The position numbers and the translations under genes were made by a program. The notes beneath the pieces are model-generated. The model ran no database searches. It worked only from the letters and a program-made list of their open reading frames with translations, and had not been told where the DNA came from. From Asterias rubens (Eukaryota): 64,000 nucleotides of DNA. Positions 56,701 to 64,000 of this stretch are shown piece by piece (position 1 is the first letter of the stretch; each line of letters begins with the position of its first letter). The DNA lies in the NCBI RefSeq assembly GCF_902459465.1, contig NC_047076.1:2294001-2358000 (forward strand), given 5' to 3'.

Positions 56701-59700
56701 AATGGATGTTATTAAAATGAATGTCTTTCAATCAATGAAACACTTATCTGTTGTGTATCTTTGTTCAGATTCAATCAAGTGTGGACTATTATTAGCAAAC
56801 TTTAAGCTGTACACACACTGTCCAAACAATGATCAAAAGACCAGTCAAATTTTGTCTTGCCCGGTTATCTTGCAGTAATTCACGTTGTTTTTGAAAGGGC
56901 TAATGAGTCCCTTTTCGCATTTAAATTATATCTCTTGCTTTTAATGAAACTTGCCACAGGAAAAAAACAAAGAGACATTTGATTTTTAAATAATCACAAA
57001 AGATTTTATAAGAAGAGTTGCATTTCTTAGAGAAGCAGTGTGGTTACGACTTAAATTTCTTCAGAAGTTAGTGTAGTGTACAATAACTTATAAGACATTA
57101 CCAACTTAGTGAACATTTGGATGTCAACCAACATTTGCCGAGAACTGTTGTTTAATTTCGTTCTTTTCGCCACTTGGCATCTTTGGAATCACATTGTTCA
57201 CATAATTATATTCATACTGGCGGTTGGTGTGATTTCTTCTCCCAAAATTGTGCTTAATACCGATAATAACTGACTGTCTTTCTTTAATTTCGAAATTATT
57301 GGCAATATCTTCTACAAGTAACAAGTTCTCTGCCGCAAATAAACACCATCGAGTTTTGCCGAGGCGGCCACGGCCCGGCGGCGGTCCAGTGGCCAGGGAA
57401 GCCATTGTTATTATAATACATTGCAAACTTTTCGGATTTCCACCGCACGACAACAAACGCACATGTGCATTTCCCGGGTCCCCGCGGCAGCAGCGATGTT
57501 TACTCGGACAACGATGCATGCAGGTTACCAGGCTGGCCCGCTTCTCTGTTTCCAGTTGTGCGCGTGCGTAGTATTTTGTTGACCCACACGTTGAATATGT
57601 ATACGGAGGTCACATAACTCAAACATGTACACGGACCAAGACGTTTCTCCGGGGGAGCGGTGAGTGAACTAAGTCACGTGAATCGGTGCAGATTGAGTCG
57701 GTGCGGGCGCTGTTGGTGAATTGGCCGCGGTGTGCGTGAAAAGGGAAACGAGAAACGTCTTGCACCAAGACTAATTGCAGGCTGGCATAGTTTATCTATC
57801 ATTCAAAACCACAGTGGATGATATTGAATGGTCAGACAGTAGGAGGGTTGACTGTGTACTATGTAGATGCATTCACTACATGATATCATGGCCCAATTTC
57901 ATAGAGCTGCTAAGCACAAAAATTTGCTTAGCATGAAATTTCTTCCTTGATAAAAACAGGATTACCAACCAAATTTCTACGTGATTTTCAGGATTAGCAA
58001 ACAACAGCTGAATACCAGTAGCAATCAATACGTAACAAATGGACATTTGGTTGGTAATCCTGTTTTTATCAAGGAAGAAATTTCATGCTAAGCAAATTTT
58101 TGTCCTTAGCAGCTCTATGAAATTGGGCCCATATTGTAGACTGGCATAGTCTGTCTATCATACAACACCACAATGGAAATTATCTTCAAGTGCGCGCTAA
58201 TCCTCCAATCAGATTTGCATAATGGAGTGGTGATAATTACCTTTATTGCACAGTTAATATCACTACCTGTGTCTTGTGTGTTCTTTGTCGTGCGCCGAGT
58301 TTGCTTGAAAATAAATACGATACCACACGTGCGCTCGTGGAAATACGGAAAATATAGCGCGTCTGCGTCCCATACCCAAGCCGAATATGGGACGCAGAAG
58401 AGCTATATTTTTCCGTATTCCACTTAACTTATAATATTGAATGGGCAGACAGTAGAAGGGTTGACTGTATACTACGTACTGTGTGGATGCATTGACCACA
58501 TGACATCATATTGCAGACTGGCATAGTTTACCTATCATTTAAAACCACAGTGGATGATACTCAATGGTCAGACAGTAGGAGGGTTGACTATGTTCTGTGT
58601 ACATGCATTCACTACAAATTGCAGTCTGGTACAGTTTATCTATCATTAAAAAATTACAGTGGATGATATTGAATGGTCAGACAGTAGGAGGGTTAATTAG
58701 TGTTACTAATTTGTTGTATTTAGTTTAAGACTGACCTTTTTAATTATTCCTTTTTCTATAAGGTCAAGTTTTGATGTCCGTTTGCAGCCAAGAACAGCAA
58801 AATGGGACCAGATCTTATCCGAGGCAGACGCAAAATCTGTCGCTGTCCTGTGCAAAACAGAAAAACAAAAACATCTATATTAAAAAAAACAAATTTTTGC
58901 AACAAGGATGCTTTTTCTCTCATATTCTCTTGCAACTTTGATGAGCATCCGAGTCAAAATTTTCATAGATTTGATATTTTATGCATATGTTGGGATACAC
59001 AAGTGAGAATACTGGTCTTCGACAATTACCAAAGGTGTCTAGTGCCTTTAGTCGTTGACTGTAAAACATTGCCTCATGTGACACGAGACTCAAGTTTGTG
59101 AGGATAGATCTTCACTTACCTCCCCTCTTTGTCTTGAATGTCAGGCTTGGCGTTATTCTCCAAGAGGAACATTATCACCTGAAGAAAGTATACAAAACAA
59201 AAGAGAAATGACATCAAGATAAAGGAACGCTGGCTCTACCACTGCTCTTGTCCTTTTCGAAACCATGGGCTTCGGCTTTGGATTCGGCTTCAGGCTCTGT
59301 CCTCTCGTCTGAAGCCCTGAGTGCGTACTCAAATAACACGCAAACTGTCAAAAGCAATCTGGAGCCAAAGTCGTGGGTTCGAAAAAAGGGCCTGTGTTAA
59401 TTCCTAAAAATAAAAATAAAATTTAATATTGGACTTTGCGAAGACAGATGGAAGTAAACAGACATACATTATCAAGTTATTTTCAATGTGCTGTATTTTT
59501 TACCACGTGAGGGCGCTCTTAATAGTATTATCACTTTCAGGGGTATTTGCAATTCGTCCTGCACAGCTTTAATCGACGCTCTGTCACTTTTGATGTGCCA
59601 TAGTATGTAGATGCTTTAGAGGTGGGTTGTAACAGCTCCTTTAAAGGTCTTTATGTCCGCGATGGATTGTCAGTGGTGGTAATGTGTTCCAGTCTTCAAC

Positions 59701-62128
59701 TCTTTTGGATGTGAATGAATATACCTCTGGAAGTGATACATCGTCACACGGTCAACAAAAAAACCTGAATACAAATGAGTAAAAAAAACATCAAAGTATA
59801 AAAATAAACGGTCCAATTGTGTTTTTACCCTTCCATGTTCTTGGAATGCAGCTGCATGCAGGGATGTCCAGAGCGTGTCCTTGTTTTGATAATTCACATC
59901 AGCTCCGGCCACAATGAGAGCTTTGACAACATCATAAAAACCCCAGAAGGATGCTGGAAATAAGATAAACAACAACAATAACAAAAACAACTGTCAATCT
60001 TGGGAAGGGATCTTGGAAAAAGAAACAAAAAACTAACAAGAAAACCTTTTTTTTCCAGTAAATAACTTGTTATAAAATGTCTTTATTTTGGATTGTTAAG
60101 GTTGTATAATAAGACCGCTGGGGGAAAAAAAAAATATATAGAAATAAGTAAATAATGCTATGTACCAATGTAGAGCTGACTTTGACGGATATCTTCAGAG
60201 TCTCCATGCACTTCAACACTCTCCGACAAAAACCTTTCAACAAGCTGAAATTGGAAAGACAAACAAAGAAAGTTTTAAGAGGGTTAGAGGGAGCCTAACT
60301 GAGAACTAACTGTAAAACAAAACTGGAATGGCATCAGATTTATATGTAAAATAAATACAACATGCATGTACAATCAATGTCAACTTAGAAATGTTTAGCA
60401 CCATGCAAAATTTAGCACCAATACATGACTACACTGGAGACTCCCGGCCGGCTGAAGTAACCTCATATCCAGCTTTTTACTCGCACCTGTACATAATTCT
60501 ATCTGCACCTGACACAAATTCCTGTTGCCTAAATCAACACATGCGCTCACACGCAGTGCGTAAACATCTTCAACCATTTGAAGGCTGCACATTACAAGGA
60601 AGAAGAAAAAGAAGAAGAAGTGTTGTCAACGGGTCCTACTAAAAGCCGACAACTCGCCGACAACGCCGACAACAAGTCCAGAGCGCCGACAACTCGCCGC
60701 CAACAAGTTTTAATTACCTCGAAAATTGCCAATATACCATAGATGTATTAGAACTATATGTGTTCTGTAATATAAACATAAATTTAATGGAAAAACTTCA
60801 CGAAAAGTGTGAATTTTTAACCAGAAAAAAAACTGAACGTTCACGGAAAACGGTCGGACGCCATCTTGGCTTAAAATCGTGTTCGGACCAGCCCATTATG
60901 ATGCGGGTGAGTCAGACTTAGCGATAGAGGGCGGGCGTCATGCACTGTGCACACTGCAGTGAAGGGTCTTCACATGAAGCCCGCCCTCTGTTGTTGACAA
61001 GTGCTAAATCTACCCGTATCATAATGGTCTGGTCCAAACACGGTTTTTAAGCCAAGATGGCGTCCGACCGCTTTTCGTGCAAGTGAAGTTTTTTTCTGGT
61101 TAAAAATTCACACTTTTTGTGAAGTTTTTCCATTAACTTTATGTTTATATTACAGAACACATATAGTTCTAATACATCTATGGTTTATTGGCCATTTTTG
61201 AGGTAATTAAAACTTGTTGGCGGCGAGTTGTCGGCGCTCTGGACTTGTTGTCGGCGTTGTCGGCGAGTTGTCGGCTTTTAGTAGGACCGTTGTCAACTTG
61301 TCAAGACTCAAGTGACATAGTCTCATCATACTCAATTCATAGTCATTACTTATTAATATTATAGACCTTTAATTTAGTATAATTTTAAATTCGCACTTCT
61401 TTTTTGCTGCCGTCCCCTGTAACATAGAGCCTAGCTAGACTAGAGCCGAGCTGTTTACAATTCCCCCATATTTCCACATCACCAGGGCCCAACTTCATGG
61501 CTCTGCTTACCGTAACTGTAAGCACAGAATCGGCGCTTACGGAAGCAGAGAATTCTGTGCTTACGGCAAGCGTGTTTCACAGGCTAGCGGCGAATTTGGG
61601 CTTCTGCGCGTGCGTTCTCCACTTTATGAGGCATTCTACAAGGAAGTTACAAGGGGACAAGGCTAGCGCAGAAATTCGGCACTTGCACGAAAGTGGGGAA
61701 TCGCGATCGTAAGCGCAGAATTCGGCGGTAAGCATAGCCATGAAATTGGGCCATGTAGATCACTGTCAGTGTTAGACTGTATTGATTGGACATGAGTATA
61801 TACTCCAGAGGAGGTTTCTGATCAATATACTATAGGAAGATCATGGAGGTAGTATGATGGTGATGATGTTGTTGGATTGCGGTCGTATTTGAAAGGGATC
61901 CATTTGATTTTGAAAGTTTTGTTTGACACATACATAGGCGCCTTTATCTACAAACATATCTGAATTTAAGTCACAGCACAGATAAAAACAAACACATACC
62001 GTTTCATTTCCTTTCTGAGCAAGAGTTGACAGTTCCGGCAGGCTAATTTTCGCCACAGCTAATTGTTTTTGGAGGTCACTCATGACCGTTTCATTGCTAC
62101 TGGCGACGGCGTCTGCAGGAGCGGCCAT
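50749..62128 (-). CDS. Ankyrin-repeat protein (250 aa). Exons 62000-62128, 60166-60244, 59829-59953, 59120-59178, 58736-58847, 53031-53102, 51865-51922, 50749-50867
   Basis: Eight exons total 753 nt in frame. Ankyrin motifs SQLYIASFWGFYDVVKALIVAGADVN, WTSLHAAAFQEHGRVIMFLLENNAKPD, DKEGRTATDFA; low-complexity C-terminal tail with SRPGSAY. Confidence 0.88.
50915..51064 (+). mobile_element. tRNA-derived SINE (family 2), 5' part
   Basis: A box GGCTGAGCGGTTAAGAGC, B box GGGTTCGCATCCC, then TGTGTCCTTAAGCAAGACACTTAA as in 38812-39126. Confidence 0.7.
51280..51660 (+). mobile_element. 5'-truncated L2-type LINE
   Basis: Decayed ORF2 C-terminus (FKIILLTF...RTRLASYGDGAFSNIARRLCNSL..DLR...IFKRQLTTHLFKQVF*) followed by an (ATT)n tail. 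Confidence 0.75.
52051..52168. mobile_element. Small Harbinger-like MITE (inverted copy at 63622-63745)
   Basis: GGGGTGGA(A/T)TTCACAAA...TTTGTGAAATCG(A/T)CCCC termini; shared TAGTCTTATCTC core. Confidence 0.65.
53871..55658 (+). pseudogene. RecQ-family (SF2) helicase remnant inside AcademH
   Basis: Motif I LPTGFGKS (53989-54012), motif Ia VVVLPLKALAVDQ, FASPE, motif II VDESHCVSK|W (54378-54403), spliced to WG...AFRKCYGQLGQLRS (55568 onward). In-frame TAG at 53931, frameshifts, and no motifs III-VI visible. Confidence 0.85.
57124..57405 (-). pseudogene. Possible 5' remnant of the AcademH second gene (transposase)
   Basis: ATG-started 93-codon ORF just inside the right TIR, converging on the helicase. 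No DDE motif is seen, so the assignment is positional inference only. Confidence 0.3.
57890..58129. mobile_element. Harbinger-like MITE
   Basis: TIR GGCCCAATTTCATAGAGCTGCTAAG with long inverted arms; 3-bp TSD CAT. Confidence 0.85.
60631..61288. mobile_element. Foldback element, MULE-like
   Basis: ~660-bp near-complete palindrome with subterminal GCCGACAAC repeats; 9-bp TSD GTTGTCAAC (60622-60630, 61289-61297); G...C termini. Confidence 0.85.
61486..61752. mobile_element. Harbinger-like MITE
   Basis: GGCCCAACTTCATGGCTCTGCTTACCG...CGGTAAGCATAGCCATGAAATTGGGCC. Confidence 0.75.
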
Positions 62129-64000
62129 CTTGAATTTTGCGCTCTGAATGGAATTTAGGAAGCACGCCCTCTGTTGACTTAAGTCTAAAGCCGCATTTTG
62201 TGGGCGGATCGAGTGTCTGGCATAGTGGGGTGCCCTAAGTCGCAGTGCACTCAGCACACACATAACAATATAAAAAATATTTGAAAAATAATACCAAAAG
62301 AATAAATAATTATAAAACGAACACATTTCAAATTTAAACTTTTGTTATCATTTCTTTTATTTATCCACAGTTCATCATAAAATAATTTCAAGTAAGAACA
62401 ATAAAATATTCGTTGAAAGGGAGAAAACCAAATTAAAATTAATCTTGAAACAAAAATTCTATAAAACAATAAAATATAATATTTTATTTGGGTTCCTCAT
62501 ATTGATCACTATAAGTAGGGCCTATCTTTAATATACAGCTTTAATGAAAACAAAAATTCTTTGCTTGTTTTCAGTGAAACAAAAATTACAAGAAACACAC
62601 ACTGCATCTTGCTAACTTGGAAAGTATTTTTTCATAAGTTCAAATTTATCTTTTAATTTTAATAGCTAGCGATCAAGTTTGTAGATCTAGACCAGCATTT
62701 CTTCATTTTCGAGCGCTTGCACAATCTGTATTTGCGAGAAGGTCTATGATGAAAAAGCTTCTGACCTAAACAAACAACAAATGACGCACAGCCATTGTAA
62801 ATGAACGTCTTCTTGTGCTAAAAGCCACTCTTGACTGAAATCAATCAAGTCCAGATTGACTACAAATTAATGATAAAATAAAAGAAAACACCACTCTTGG
62901 TTAATCAGATATGTTGCCATAGTAAGGAACAGAACAGAATTTTTTTTTTTGCTAACAAAACAGTTGCTGGCAGTGTAATCCACTATATACATCAATACAC
63001 CTGGAAATTTATGATTGGCCATATTCTGGGTCACGAGAAAATAGTGAAAAACCATTTACACATTTTGCATAACTATTTAATGAAAATGAATGAACACTCA
63101 CTGAGCGCTAAACTCCAAAACGCGAAATTGCATTATCTATTTCTCATAAAATATGACATTTCAAACAAAAATATATCAAGGGACGTTTTCTACTATTATC
63201 ATCATTAGACTGTGTAAGTTTTATGTATATCTGTGATCTTTTTTTATCAATTCTGTAATTTTCCTTTTAATAAAAAAGGAAAAGGTGAACTAATGAAAAC
63301 TAGTGTTTTTCAGTTTGCCATGGCCATGTTGTATTAGAGAGGGGCTCTAAGGTAAAAGTTTTGTGATGCACTCATTTTCCACTAGTTAGAGCCCTTACGA
63401 AAATGGGGAAAAAAGTTACAAGTCTTTAATTAAACTTCCTGCAAAAAGGTGCAATATATGCCACTGTGTTTGATACCCCCAAGCGAAACTTTTTTCAATA
63501 TCAAAATAATTCATTATAAAATTGGTCATATTTTTAAGATATCGCCCAATAATCTGGAGCAAATATGTTCAAGCATGAAGAATAATGTCGAAAGGAACAC
63601 ACAATCTAAGAAACGTTTCCAGGGGACGATTTCACTAAGAGTTAGCACCAGAGATATAAAAAACGTATGGCTAGTCCTAATTCAGGACGAGTAAATTGTC
63701 CTAACTCGAGATAAGACTATCTTAACTCTTTGTGAAATCCACCCCTGTACACTTCACAGATTCAAAATTAATAATTAATGATATTTTTATCAAACCACAT
63801 TACTTCTCAAAATGCTTTAAATTATCAAAAGCTGCTGTAGGCTTCCATAAACCAAAAGATTTTATTGCCATTAATTTTAAGAGAAATTACCAAACGTATA
63901 CCTTCCCTTTAACATTTCATCAAAAACTAAAATTTTGTTTCTCAGAAACTTATCAAATGTCCCTAAACTTTGGTGTACTTGTTATGGAAACCGAGTCGTC

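Larger units (their letters stand above)
53488..57773. mobile_element. AcademH DNA transposon, non-autonomous decayed copy (4286 bp)
   Basis: ~150-bp TIRs with TAG...CTA termini; perfect 9-bp TSD ATTGCAGGC (53479-53487, 57774-57782); internal RecQ-like helicase remnant. This matches the published AcademH hallmarks as recalled. Confidence 0.88.
53337..58695. repeat. Intronic ~110-bp tandem repeat array split by three insertions (segments ~53337-53487, 57774-57889, 58130-58175, 58435-58695)
   Basis: Recurrent unit CTATCATTCAAAACCACAGTGGATGATATTGAATGGTCAGACAGTAGGAGGGTTGACTGTG...GATGCATTCACTACATGATATCATATTGCAGACTGGCATAG. Confidence 0.8.

Noticed and set aside
53337-58695. CRISPR-like repeat array
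   Set aside because: Units are contiguous without unique spacers, there are no cas genes, and the context is a eukaryotic intron.

Overview
Eukaryotic, intron-containing, AT-rich animal DNA, most likely an echinoderm such as a sea star. That taxon call is an inference from the actin intron pattern 41/42, 121/122, 204, the GSTMF...APPTMK actin signature and the TTAGGG repeats. All gene models were spliced by hand at GT-AG boundaries with phase checks. Genes: two nearly identical cytoplasmic actins in inverted orientation (1779-4143 +, 15248-17374 -); between them an intact but highly divergent 372-aa actin-like gene (5875-10115 -); a probable multi-exon gene of unrecognised product head-to-head with actin 2 (~19.4-28.9 kb +); a solitary 5S rRNA gene; a 9-exon classical SDR (262 aa); a secreted Spaetzle/neurotrophin-like precursor (219 aa) preceded by a broken tandem copy; and an 8-exon ankyrin-repeat gene (250 aa). 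Mobile DNA: a 4.3-kb internally decayed AcademH element (RecQ-like helicase remnant, 9-bp TSD) plus its MITE, many TTAA-flanked Kolobok-type MITEs, Harbinger-, Tc1/mariner- and MULE-like MITEs, tRNA-derived SINEs, L2-type LINE 3' ends and an interstitial telomeric tract. There is one 170-N assembly gap and no CRISPR array. Family names come from recalled motifs, not database searches.
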